From a virus: a stretch of 64,000 bases of DNA. Location of the stretch: positions 5,225-69,224 of the IMG/VR virus record IMGVR_UViG_2795385957_000004; one strand, 5' to 3'. Under the pieces are notes generated by a model, which ran no database searches, was not told where the DNA came from, and worked only from the letters and a program-made list of their open reading frames with translations. How positions within the stretch are numbered: the stretch's first letter is position 1; every line of letters starts with the position of its first letter. The translations under genes were made by a program, and so were the position numbers. Of the stretch, positions 43,727 through 53,741 are shown piece after piece.

Positions 43727-44629
43727 ATGGTGGATTTTTACACGTTGAAGGATGCGCAGGCTGATCTAGCCATTGCGCCTCTCAACTTGACGGTGCTGCT
43801 TGCGCCTTATTCTGTTGCTCCGGCATTGACGTTGGAATCGCCTACGGATGGTTCTTTGGCTGTGCCTGCGGGCTACAAGTCGGTTGGCCATTTCGAGAAG
43901 AAGGCCGGCCTTACGCTCGGTAACGAGTTCGATTCCAAGGATATTGAGGCATACGGCGAGCCCGAGCCGATCCGTACGATTATTAATAAGCGTACGACGA
44001 CGTTCGAGTTCTCGATGTTTCAGAATCAGCGCAATGTTTTGGAGCTGATCTGGACGCAGGACTTCTCGCATATCCAGCCGTCTGAGTTCGGTGGCATTGT
44101 TCTTGAGGCTCCCAAGGTTCCTAAGAACATCTACTACCGCGCAATTCTGGTCGGTTTGGATGACCGTAATGACCGCGAGGTCTGGACGTACTGGCTGATG
44201 CCTAAGGTGAAGCTGGACAAGATCGACAACCAGACGCTCAATGACGACAACGTGATTGAGTACAAGCCAACCATGAAGGCTTTCCGTGATGACACGGTGG
44301 GCTATTCGGTGGCGCAGGGCTTCGCCGGTCCGGGTTGGCGCGACATTGTTGCCACGGCTGGCTTCGGCACGGCCTTGACGGCAATCGACGCGACTCCGGC
44401 CACGGCCTCGCTGACGGTTGCCTCTGGTGCTTCGCACACGGTGCAGTTGCTTGTGGAGGGCGATAACGGAATCAATTACACGCCGGACGTTACGTTCACG
44501 TCGTCTGCGCCAACGATTGCTTCTGTGTCCGCCTCCGGTCTGGTGACGGGTGTGGCTGCTGGTTCAGCAACGATTACGGCTAAGAAGGGTGCTTCGTTGA
44601 CCGATACCGTCAGCGTGACCGTGACTTAG
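43727..44629 (+). CDS. Major tail protein with C-terminal Ig-like domain
   Basis: Position; DIEAYGEPEPIR; Big_2 C-terminus. Confidence 0.88.
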   Translation: MVDFYTLKDAQADLAIAPLNLTVLLAPYSVAPALTLESPTDGSLAVPAGYKSVGHFEKKAGLTLGNEFDSKDIEAYGEPEPIRTIINKRTTTFEFSMFQNQRNVLELIWTQDFSHIQPSEFGGIVLEAPKVPKNIYYRAILVGLDDRNDREVWTYWLMPKVKLDKIDNQTLNDDNVIEYKPTMKAFRDDTVGYSVAQGFAGPGWRDIVATAGFGTALTAIDATPATASLTVASGASHTVQLLVEGDNGINYTPDVTFTSSAPTIASVSASGLVTGVAAGSATITAKKGASLTDTVSVTVT

Positions 44630-44718
44630 CCGCGATTTAGGGGAATGGGGGGGTAACTTTACCGGTTACTCCCCTCTCCCTTTCGTATTGAAAATTTGGA
44701 AATAGGGGGAAAGTTCTT

Positions 44719-45033
44719 ATGGCACGTGTCAGTGCTGCTGCGATGAAGGTTGTCGAGGACGCTGTAAGCGATTTCTTCGCCGAGCTGGTAGGCGAAGTGC
44801 GGGTGCCCGAGCCACTTGAAGTCGCGCCGGGGATCGTCTTGACCTGCCCAACTAAGGCCGAGGTCAACGAGCTGATGAAGGCAAAGACCGAGGAAGAGGC
44901 TCAAAAGCTCATCTTCGGCGATTCGTACGACGAGGCCATGAAGCTGTTCGATCCTCACCCCATTCAGGTGTGGAACAAGTTCATGGACAAGTACAACGAG
45001 CATTTCTTTGGAGATAAGTCCAAGGGAAAATAG
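44719..45033 (+). CDS. Tail assembly chaperone (short form)
   Basis: Between major tail and tape measure; ends at slippery GGGAAAA-TAG. Confidence 0.85.
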   Translation: MARVSAAAMKVVEDAVSDFFAELVGEVRVPEPLEVAPGIVLTCPTKAEVNELMKAKTEEEAQKLIFGDSYDEAMKLFDPHPIQVWNKFMDKYNEHFFGDKSKGK

Positions 45034-45569
45034 CGCAAGTCGCTGAACTAATCGGGCGGTATTGGCGGGCGATTGAGTGGGATTTCCAGTCGATCGGCGT
45101 CAATGCCTTGGACTATTTCGCGGCACCTTGCCGATGCGCGCAATGTCGCGCATCTAACGAGTTCTATTTGCGTTTTGCGTCGCGTCGTGACTGGGATCAG
45201 TTTCTACGTTTCTACGCCACGTTTGCGGCTGTTCGTGGTTCATATATTCAGTCTGCGATTTTGAATGATCCGGAAGTTATTGAGGCGCAGGCTTCTGCTC
45301 CGGATGATGAGTGGACGACGGGGTTGCCGCCTTTATTTGGCTGGAGTCAGCTTATTGATTCGGTGACGAATGTCGCCGATCAGTTGATTGCGTCGCGGGC
45401 TACGTCAGACAAGATCAAGTTTTATCCGCGCCCGGAAATTCCGGCAGAGCGCGAGCGTAGGAAGCGTAAGGCTAAGAAGCAGGAAAGCGGCCTTGAGGCT
45501 GCGCTTGCGCGCGGTATGGATTTGGCGCGCGAACAGGGTATTGACACGGGTCAGTGGACGTACCTCTAA
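44719..45569 (+). CDS. Tail assembly chaperone, -1 frameshifted long form
   Basis: G GGA AAA at 45024-45030; -1 frame open (IAQVAELIGRYWRAIEWDF...) to 45569. Confidence 0.85.
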
Positions 45570-45592
45570 CAACTTAATATTGAGGGGGCACG

Positions 45593-48500
45593 GTGGCTAG
45601 CGAGTTTATTGCCGCCCAGGCGTCGGTGCTTTTGGTTCCGAGCCTTAAGGGCTTCCGGAACCGTTTGAAGGCGCAGCTAGCGACGGTCAATGAGTCCGTC
45701 AAGATCGAGGTCCAGGCTCAGACTTCTCGGGCGCTGGCTGAGATTGCGGCGGCTAAGGAGCTGGCCGAGCGTGAGCCGATCAAGCTGCGGGTTGATACCA
45801 AGGGTATTACCGAGATTCGGCACAAGTACCAGGATTTGAAGGCCGAGTTCCGTAAGGGCTTGACGGTCAATATCGCGGTTGCCGGCGCGTCTCAGTTGAC
45901 GCAGCTTGGTCCGGCCCTGGCGGCTTTGAATCAGTCGATTGTGGCGTTGTCGCAGTCGTCGCTCTTGCTTCCGGGCATTTTGTCTGGTGTCGCATCGAGT
46001 TTTGGTTCGGTGGCTGTCGGTTCGCGTGGCGTCAGGGATGCGTTCAAGGCTGTTGCGGCGGCGCAGAAGGATTCTGTGGACTCTGCGCGCCGGCAGCGGG
46101 ACGCCAATCGCGCGGTGGTTGATGCTACGCGTGAGCTGAGTCGGGTCACCAAGGATGCCAAGCGCAATCTTGAGGATCTGAACGACCAGTTGCGTTCTGC
46201 GCCTTTGGATGAGGCTGAGGCTGTCCTGAACTTGCAGGAGGCCCGTAGCGAGGCTGCGCAGGCATTCGGCAAGTCGGCGTTGCAGCAGCAGCGCGACGCG
46301 CTGAATGTGCAAAAGGCTGAGGAAAACCTTGCCTCTACGCGTCGCCGTGGTGCTCGCCTGGTCGAGGACGTTGCGGAGGCGAACCGTAAGGGTGTCCAGG
46401 GTGCCGACGCGGTGGCCTTGGCCACGGAGCGTTTGGCCAAGGCCAATGAAGACGCGGCCAGGGGCTCGACGGCGATGCAAGACCTCGCGCAGGCGATGGG
46501 CAAGTTGTCGCCGAATGCACAGGATTTCGTGCAGCGCATCACGTCTCTACACCGGGCGTGGGACGGGCTTCGTAGCTCGGTGCAGGATCGGTTGTTCGCG
46601 AATCTGGGTGGCGACATTCAGGGGTTGGCGGGCACTAGTCTGCCGATGCTTGAGCGTGGTTTGACGGGCATCGCGGCAGCGATCAACGGCAATCTGCGTA
46701 CGGCTATCGGAGAGCTGGGCAGTAGCGGCAATCAGTCGATGCTTGACCGAATTTTCGGCAATACCGCTGATGCGCAGCAGATTCTAGGGCGTTCGATCAC
46801 GCCGTTGATGGATGCGTTTTTGCGTTTGTCATCGACGGGAAGCAACTTCCTGCCGCGTTTGGCTGACGGTTTCGGCGATCTGATGTCCCGGTTCGACCGG
46901 TTCATTGTCAAGGCCGAAGCCGATGGCTCACTTGATAAGTGGATCAACGCCGGCATTGATGCTCTCAAGAATCTCGGCAACTCGCTGATCAACATCGGGT
47001 CGATTCTTAACAGTGTCTCCGAGGCGTTCACGGGCACGGGCGGCAAGGGTCTTTTGCAGACGTTGGCCGAGGGCACCAAGCGTTTGGCCGACTTCCTAAA
47101 GGGTGCTGAGGGGCAGCAGAAGCTAGGCGAGTTCTTTTACGAGGCGCGTGCGGAGCTGGTGCGTTGGCGTCCTGTGCTGGAGCAGATTCCGGGCATGATC
47201 CGCAACGTTACGCGGGCAGGGCAGGCGTGGGCGGACAGTTTGTTGCCGTTCTTGCGTTCGGTTTCGCAGTTGTTGAGCCAGCATCCCGGTTTGGTGCAAG
47301 CGATCCTGTTTGCCTATCTGGGTTGGCGAACGGTTAGTCCGATTGTCAAGGGTGTGGGCACGGCGCTAGAGGGCATGAAAAAGGCTCTCGACCTCGTTAG
47401 CGGCGCGTTCGGCGGTGCTGGCGGCGACGGTGTGAATGGCAAGACCAAGGCATTCAGCATGTTGATGGGTCCTGGCGGGCCTGTCGTGGTGGGTGTGACT
47501 GCCGTTGCGTCGCTTCTGATGTACCAGTACGTCAATGCGCAGCAGGAAGCTGCCGAATCTGCTGGCCATCACGCCGACATGGTTGCGCGTCTGCGTACTG
47601 AGATGGACAAGCTGACGGGTTCGTTGACGCAGCGGGGCTTGCTTGAGAAGCTGGGCCGCGCTGGCGGTTTCGTTGATCCTAACGAGACGAACGCCAAGCC
47701 ACGTGATCTGCCTGGTTTGGCTGAATCACAGTTCGGCGTCTCGCGTGAACAGTTCGGGCAGGCTCTTACGCCAAGCAATCAAGCGGCCCGTGATGAGGTC
47801 ATCGGCAAGGCGCGCAAGGCGATTCTTGACGAGCTGAACTCCAAGCAGTTGAAGGACGTTATCGGTTCCTTCGATGCGGACTTCGTTGACCTACACAACA
47901 AGGGCCGCGCCGACGATGATCCGAACAAGATCACAAATGATCTGCTATCGCGTGCGGTTACTGGTGATGCGCAGGCGCGCGAGGTGTTCGAGAAGGCGAA
48001 GCTGCCATTTAGTCTGAGTGATCTGCTGTACGGCTACAACAATCCGTTGGATTGGGTGCCGGGCGCTGACGCGGATACTCCCGGCTTGTCTGACAAGGCA
48101 CGTGCCGGCGCAAGTATTAGCCGGTTCGTCATGGACGACACCAATCATGCCAACGAGGTTGGCGCGAACACTCGCGCCAACAATGAGGCTGTAGCTGGTC
48201 GTGCGCGTTTCAAGCCGGGAATTGGCAATCCGTTTGCGGGGCTGGGTAATCCACAGCCGTACTGGGAGCCAGGCACCGAAGGTGCTGCGGGTATCCGCGT
48301 GAACTCGTTGTTCCGCGACTTGCAGAAGGATCAGCCGGGGCTTATCGAGAACATTCGTAAGAATGGTGGCCGGTTCGAGGAACTGGCTGACGGCACGATC
48401 ATTCATCTTGACCCTGACCGGGCGAAGCTCTACTTGGAGTCTTACGCCTCGGGCGGCATGTTCAAGGGTGCTGGTACTGGCGCGTCGGATTCGATGATTG

Positions 48501-50542
48501 CACGAGTGTCTAACGGCGAGTTCATCACTCGGGCCTCTTCGGTCGCCAAGTATGGGTCGGCGTTCATGCATGCGGTCAATGAAGGCAAGATCGACAAGGC
48601 CGACCTTCCGGGGTTTGACATCGGTGGTCAGGTTGGGCCGCAGATCATTGCGACCCCGCCTAAGCCTCGGACCGACCTCAAGTTTGTTCCGAACACGCCC
48701 CCGGTTGCTCCGGAACCAGTGGCACCAGCGGCTCCGGCACCTGTTAAGGCTCCGGCTTTTCCGGATGTTCCGGATACGTCGAATCCGGGTCTTTACGATC
48801 CGGCGACGGGCACCTATTCGTCGTTGCCAGCCGATTTGGGTGACGCGGGCGACACGTCGGGGCGCAACGTTCCGCAGACGCCTACGTTGGTGCAGACTCC
48901 ACGCGGGCCGCAGATCGCCTCTCCGGGCGGGTATGGGCCGGCACAGTTCGGTGGTTTGGCGAAACTGCCGGAGAACTTGAATCCGGTCAACATTTTGTCG
49001 CAGATCGGTGAGATTCTGTTGCAGGCAGTGGCCGGCTTCTTCGGCATTGATCTGTCCTACTTGAACGCTGGCCGCTCACTGATTGGTGGTATCGCTAACC
49101 AGGTTGGCGGCGGTGCCGCTAATCCCGAAGCGCAGCAGTTGATGGATCAGGTTCCATCACCGCTGAGCAACAGTGCGTCCGCTTTTCTTCCTGAAAGCGG
49201 TGCTGGCGCTACGGCTTTCCAGCGTGCTTCTGCGATGGCCGATACCATGCGCGGCAAGCCGTACGTGTGGGGTGGTGGATCACTGGACGGCACGGACTGC
49301 TCGGGCCTGGTGATGTACGTCGCTGACGCCTACGTCGGTAAGCCGTTCTCTGGGCGTGACGGCGGAACGATGACCGAGGGCGAAAAGTTGCGTGCCCGTG
49401 GCGCGGTGCTGATCGGTGATCCGTCGCAGGCTCCTGCGGGAACGCTGCGTATCGGCTGGAATGCTTCGCATACTGCCGGAACGCTGCCCGATGGGCGCAA
49501 TTTTGAGGCGTCGAACGAGAACACGCCGATCACGATTGGTTCGGGTGCGGCTGGCTATAGCAGCGGGCAGTTCACGAACTGGGCGTACTTCCCGGTTCCG
49601 GCGTACGCGAATGGCGGCTTCTTGTCGGGTGCGGGTACTGGCTCATCGGATTCGATGCTTGCCCGCGTCTCCAATGGTGAGTTCATCACGCGCGCTTCGT
49701 CTGTGGCGAAGTACGGTTCGGGGTTCTTTCATGCGTTGAACGAGGGCAAGATTGATCGCAGTTCACTGCCTGGGTTTGACGGTGGTGATTTGGTTCAGGT
49801 TCCGGGTGCTGCTGCGCCTGCGGCTCCTGGGTCTGTGGCTGGTCCTAATCCGCCTCCGGCTCCTGCGCCGGCTCCTGCGCCGGCTCCTGCGGCGCAGTCT
49901 GCGGGACCGTTGCCTACTGCGGCACAGGCCGCGCAGGCTCCGCAGACCCAAGGTCTACCGACTGACACCGCGACGGCTGCTGTCGGTGATGCAATGTCGA
50001 GCCTTGGTTCGGCGCTCGGCGGCAGTGGCGGTGGCGGCGCTTCTCCGGGGGCGCAGGCTCCCGAGGGTGCCACCGCTGAACAGGACCCACGTTCAATTCT
50101 GGGTGCTGCGCCGAAGAATCAGGATCACAATGCGCCGTGGTTGTCCAAGGGCATCCAGGGTGCGGCGTCAACGATTGGGTCTGCTATCGGTTCGGCGATT
50201 GGTGCCGCTGGTGCTGCGGGCGGGGCGTTCGCTCCGGGCAGTGGTGCGGCGGCGAGCGCGGCTGCCTCGATGGCCCAAGGTGGCGCTCAGATCGCGGGCC
50301 AGGCCGTCAGCGGTGTTGTGAATGTCTTGTCGAGCTTGCTTGTGGGTACGGCCTCTGGGGGCACGACGCAGGGTGCTTACGGCGCTCCGGTGTTGCCGCA
50401 GGGTCCTGTGCAATCGCAGGGTCGGGGTCCGGGAATTGTCAACAACTACGGCGACATTCACACCGCGAACTACGACGAGTTCTACAAGGGACAGCAGCGT
50501 CGTGAAGCGCAGCAGCAGGCACCAATCCTGCCGATGCGATAA
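45593..50542 (+). CDS. Tape measure protein with embedded NlpC/P60-like peptidase
   Basis: 1649 aa Ala/Gly-rich; KPYVWGG...DCSGLV...HTAG. Confidence 0.93.
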   Translation: MASEFIAAQASVLLVPSLKGFRNRLKAQLATVNESVKIEVQAQTSRALAEIAAAKELAEREPIKLRVDTKGITEIRHKYQDLKAEFRKGLTVNIAVAGASQLTQLGPALAALNQSIVALSQSSLLLPGILSGVASSFGSVAVGSRGVRDAFKAVAAAQKDSVDSARRQRDANRAVVDATRELSRVTKDAKRNLEDLNDQLRSAPLDEAEAVLNLQEARSEAAQAFGKSALQQQRDALNVQKAEENLASTRRRGARLVEDVAEANRKGVQGADAVALATERLAKANEDAARGSTAMQDLAQAMGKLSPNAQDFVQRITSLHRAWDGLRSSVQDRLFANLGGDIQGLAGTSLPMLERGLTGIAAAINGNLRTAIGELGSSGNQSMLDRIFGNTADAQQILGRSITPLMDAFLRLSSTGSNFLPRLADGFGDLMSRFDRFIVKAEADGSLDKWINAGIDALKNLGNSLINIGSILNSVSEAFTGTGGKGLLQTLAEGTKRLADFLKGAEGQQKLGEFFYEARAELVRWRPVLEQIPGMIRNVTRAGQAWADSLLPFLRSVSQLLSQHPGLVQAILFAYLGWRTVSPIVKGVGTALEGMKKALDLVSGAFGGAGGDGVNGKTKAFSMLMGPGGPVVVGVTAVASLLMYQYVNAQQEAAESAGHHADMVARLRTEMDKLTGSLTQRGLLEKLGRAGGFVDPNETNAKPRDLPGLAESQFGVSREQFGQALTPSNQAARDEVIGKARKAILDELNSKQLKDVIGSFDADFVDLHNKGRADDDPNKITNDLLSRAVTGDAQAREVFEKAKLPFSLSDLLYGYNNPLDWVPGADADTPGLSDKARAGASISRFVMDDTNHANEVGANTRANNEAVAGRARFKPGIGNPFAGLGNPQPYWEPGTEGAAGIRVNSLFRDLQKDQPGLIENIRKNGGRFEELADGTIIHLDPDRAKLYLESYASGGMFKGAGTGASDSMIARVSNGEFITRASSVAKYGSAFMHAVNEGKIDKADLPGFDIGGQVGPQIIATPPKPRTDLKFVPNTPPVAPEPVAPAAPAPVKAPAFPDVPDTSNPGLYDPATGTYSSLPADLGDAGDTSGRNVPQTPTLVQTPRGPQIASPGGYGPAQFGGLAKLPENLNPVNILSQIGEILLQAVAGFFGIDLSYLNAGRSLIGGIANQVGGGAANPEAQQLMDQVPSPLSNSASAFLPESGAGATAFQRASAMADTMRGKPYVWGGGSLDGTDCSGLVMYVADAYVGKPFSGRDGGTMTEGEKLRARGAVLIGDPSQAPAGTLRIGWNASHTAGTLPDGRNFEASNENTPITIGSGAAGYSSGQFTNWAYFPVPAYANGGFLSGAGTGSSDSMLARVSNGEFITRASSVAKYGSGFFHALNEGKIDRSSLPGFDGGDLVQVPGAAAPAAPGSVAGPNPPPAPAPAPAPAPAAQSAGPLPTAAQAAQAPQTQGLPTDTATAAVGDAMSSLGSALGGSGGGGASPGAQAPEGATAEQDPRSILGAAPKNQDHNAPWLSKGIQGAASTIGSAIGSAIGAAGAAGGAFAPGSGAAASAAASMAQGGAQIAGQAVSGVVNVLSSLLVGTASGGTTQGAYGAPVLPQGPVQSQGRGPGIVNNYGDIHTANYDEFYKGQQRREAQQQAPILPMR

Positions 50543-50560
50543 CTAAATACGAATACAGGT

Positions 50561-50610
50561 AACCCCTGTCCGGCGTTCGGTAATTACCGATCACCGGGCG
50601 GGGGTTTCTT
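50561..50610 (+). terminator. Terminator-like hairpin after the tape measure gene
   Basis: AACCCCTGTCCGG/CCGGGCGGGGGTT followed by TCTT. Confidence 0.5.
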
Positions 50611-50632
50611 GTAGGAAAGACAACTTCAATAA

Positions 50633-51514
50633 GTGACCGATTACCTGAAAATTGAATTGACGGGTCGGGATGGTTCGCACTGGGTTCTTTCAGGTCCAGG
50701 TATGGGGCAGCAGGGGGTAACTCTTAACCCCAACTTGCAGCAGTTCTATGACGCTCCGGTCAAGACGTTGTACGTACCGGGTCCATTTGGTGAGGAATAT
50801 GCCGGTAAGCGTGTTCAGCGCCGCGAGATTGTGTTTTCTGTTCAGGCTTGGGACGACGATCCGGATACGTGGCGCACGATTGATTCGGCGTGGCGTTGGG
50901 CGTGGGATTACGACGAGGAATCAACGCTCAAGGTAACCACAAACGACGGTACCCGTTTTCTGAATGTGCGGCTTATGGAGGAACCAAAGCCGTATTACGA
51001 GAAAGATCCGCATATCACGCGGGACAACCCGATCGTGATGACTGCAACGGCAACCTTCCCGTATTGGCAAGAGGAATCTTCCGAAAGCGTTTGGGACACG
51101 CTCCAGACCGCTGATCGCACGGTGTTCCCGGTTCGCAATGACGGCGATGTGCCGGTGTGGCTTCGGTGGGCGTTCACCGCCCCAGGGCTGTGGATCGTGC
51201 CGGACTTTTCGTGGGGCAACGATCTGTACTCGCGCGGCCAGGAGGACGTGGGGCGCACGTTGCCACTGCCTGAGCTACGGGACAACGAGCACGTCTCGGT
51301 CGATTCCGATCCGCGCGTGCAGACGATTATCGCGGTCAACGGTGCCCCTGTTCAGCATCGCTGGAAGGGCAACGATCTGCTCTACCCGCTGATGCCGGGT
51401 AAGGGCGGCGACCTGCCGGTGCAGTTGAAGAATGCGCCGCAGGGCGGGGCGTGCAAGCTCACTGTTCCGCGCTGGTTTTCCCGTCCGTGGTCACGTCCGG
51501 GGGCGCGGCTATGA
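50633..51514 (+). CDS. Minor tail protein (distal tail)
   Basis: Position; typical mycobacteriophage sequence. Confidence 0.85.
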   Translation: MTDYLKIELTGRDGSHWVLSGPGMGQQGVTLNPNLQQFYDAPVKTLYVPGPFGEEYAGKRVQRREIVFSVQAWDDDPDTWRTIDSAWRWAWDYDEESTLKVTTNDGTRFLNVRLMEEPKPYYEKDPHITRDNPIVMTATATFPYWQEESSESVWDTLQTADRTVFPVRNDGDVPVWLRWAFTAPGLWIVPDFSWGNDLYSRGQEDVGRTLPLPELRDNEHVSVDSDPRVQTIIAVNGAPVQHRWKGNDLLYPLMPGKGGDLPVQLKNAPQGGACKLTVPRWFSRPWSRPGARL

Positions 51515-53274
51515 CGGCGTGGGCGGACATTCTGGCAGCCAACACGGGCGATCCGTGGAAGGCATTTAAGACCCTTGAGCGCCAGGCCGACGAGGTACGC
51601 GCGCAGCATCACGCATTCCGGCGCGCTAAGCCGCTGATCCGGTTGTGGATGAACGATCCCGACGGCGATGCCGGTCTGGTCTATGTGGGGCGCGTCGATT
51701 ACGACGACACCATTCGGGGAGCGTTCCCTTTCAAGAACAACACGGTAAGCCAGGGCGTTCTTGAATTGCGAGACGACCATTACCTTGCGGTGTGGTTGAA
51801 GCAGTTGCCGAACAATCCAGAACTTAAGAAAAACGTTGTTATCACCGTCGATTTCTACGGCGGTCAAAAGCGCTGGTCCGGCCTGTTGGATAAGTGGACT
51901 ATTAAGTCCAAGGATCATGTCAAATATTTGGAAGTCACCTTTAACGATGACCTCGCTTTTTTGCAATACCTGCTCTGCCCTCCGAATCCAGCATTACCGA
52001 TCCCGGTCCTGCAATTTCCACGTATTTTCGCGCTAGCTGGTCCGGCCCGCTGGGCAATTTCTGCTTTGATTTTCATCAATCTCTGGCGTGTGCAATCGTC
52101 TATTTGGTCGCTTCCTGATGATCCGTTTGATTTGGAATCTTGGGATGATGCGATTGACTGGTCTGATTGGCAGTGCCATGTCAAGGCGTCGCCCTGGTTG
52201 TTGGACGATTCCTCGCTGTGGACTTTCCTGTCCTCGCGAATGAATCCGGTCGATTCGGTCATTGCGGACTCGCTCGACGACGCGCAGCTCACGCTCACGT
52301 ACCGGCGCATCTTGACCGATGACGGCGAGACGGCAGACGGGCTGATCGGTGTACCGGGCGGCAACGTCAAGAACGGCGCGTTGGTGTTCGAGGTCGTGGA
52401 CAACTCGAATGCGACCGCACTTGAGGGCACGTTCTTTGAGGGCACGATCCTGGACGGCTTTGTCCGGTCGGTGATGGTGTACGGCGGCGGGTTCGTAGAG
52501 GACTCGCTGAACGTCATCAATGACGACCAGACGTTGCAGCCAGACGAGTACTACCGCTCCGGCTGGTTGGCGACGATGGCCAAACAGCCATGGCTTGTGA
52601 TCCGAGACAACGAATGGACTCCTATCGAGTCCTCGGATTTGTCGTGGGGTCCGGCTAAGAACGTTGCGGTTGTGGTCGGCGGCGACAACCCGGCAGCGGA
52701 TGCTATCGCCAAGCTGATCATTGAAACCACCGGAAATCTGTTGGGCTGGTTGCTTCTTGGTGGATTCTCCGGGGCGGGCGGGATCGCCGCTGACGTGATC
52801 ATGCCGTTCATCGTCGGCACCATCGCGGCGTGGCTGCACTGGAAAAACACCGGCAGGGCAACGCAACTGGGGTGGGTTCACTACTGGGAGCTGTATCAGC
52901 AGGGCGCTGAGAACAACTCGTGGTCGCTGGCGGCTCTGTCGGCGCTACGAGGCGGGTTCCTTGTTGGTCGCGCCGAGACGGTGCACCTGATGGCGTTGCA
53001 CGACTCGTGGATTATTCCGGGCCTGCACATCGACATTGGTCAGCGTCTTGGTTCAACGGTTCTGTCCAAGGGCGTCGAACACATCATCTGGGTCAACCAA
53101 TTGGAGGAAATGACGTGCGCTTGGGACAACACGTCCAGTCCCGCGCCGATGTCGTGGGTGCTCAAGGCCGGTAAGTCCGAGCGCGCGCAGTCCATCGGTG
53201 AGCGCATGGCCCGTTTGGCGAAAAAGATGAGTGAAGCACTGAACAACGTTGGCGTGCAACTGATTCAGAGCTAG
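51511..53274 (+). CDS. Minor tail protein (baseplate hub, Gp37-like)
   Basis: PLIRLW...RWSG...PPNP.LP..QFP motifs. Confidence 0.85.
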   Translation: MTAWADILAANTGDPWKAFKTLERQADEVRAQHHAFRRAKPLIRLWMNDPDGDAGLVYVGRVDYDDTIRGAFPFKNNTVSQGVLELRDDHYLAVWLKQLPNNPELKKNVVITVDFYGGQKRWSGLLDKWTIKSKDHVKYLEVTFNDDLAFLQYLLCPPNPALPIPVLQFPRIFALAGPARWAISALIFINLWRVQSSIWSLPDDPFDLESWDDAIDWSDWQCHVKASPWLLDDSSLWTFLSSRMNPVDSVIADSLDDAQLTLTYRRILTDDGETADGLIGVPGGNVKNGALVFEVVDNSNATALEGTFFEGTILDGFVRSVMVYGGGFVEDSLNVINDDQTLQPDEYYRSGWLATMAKQPWLVIRDNEWTPIESSDLSWGPAKNVAVVVGGDNPAADAIAKLIIETTGNLLGWLLLGGFSGAGGIAADVIMPFIVGTIAAWLHWKNTGRATQLGWVHYWELYQQGAENNSWSLAALSALRGGFLVGRAETVHLMALHDSWIIPGLHIDIGQRLGSTVLSKGVEHIIWVNQLEEMTCAWDNTSSPAPMSWVLKAGKSERAQSIGERMARLAKKMSEALNNVGVQLIQS

Positions 53275-53285
53275 TAGGGGGAAAA

Positions 53286-53738
53286 GTGGCAAAGACTCAA
53301 TCTGAGTCGAACATGGAAGATCCTGCGGAGGTTTTCGCGTGGATGTTTACCGCTGGGGTTCCGGACCCTCGCGATAGCGGGGAGGGCAAGTTCCGCAACC
53401 AGCCTCTCATTCCACCGGCATGTTTTCCGGCTTTGTCAAAAATGCTGTGGGACTTCGGATGCCGGTTCCATCCGGAATTGCAAACCAAGTGGATCAAGCC
53501 TAGTGATGGCGCATTCCGCAATTTCGAGGTGTGGGAGACCGTGGGCGTCAAGCCGGCAGAAGTGATGCCGCAGGTCGCGGCGATGGCTGCCGATCAGTAT
53601 CCGGAAATGGCTGCGGGGATTGCAGATATGGACCCCGCCGACCATGAGGCGGCGCTGCGCGAGGTTGAGGACAAATTGCTCTCTGGTCTGTCGCGGCTGA
53701 TGAAGGCGCGTGAGCAGATGGAGAAGTCGGGGGACTAA
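53286..53738 (+). CDS. DUF2744-like minor tail-region protein
   Basis: DPAEVFAW...SKMLWDFGCRFHPELQ. Confidence 0.7.
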   Translation: MAKTQSESNMEDPAEVFAWMFTAGVPDPRDSGEGKFRNQPLIPPACFPALSKMLWDFGCRFHPELQTKWIKPSDGAFRNFEVWETVGVKPAEVMPQVAAMAADQYPEMAAGIADMDPADHEAALREVEDKLLSGLSRLMKAREQMEKSGD

Positions 53739-53741
53739 TCA

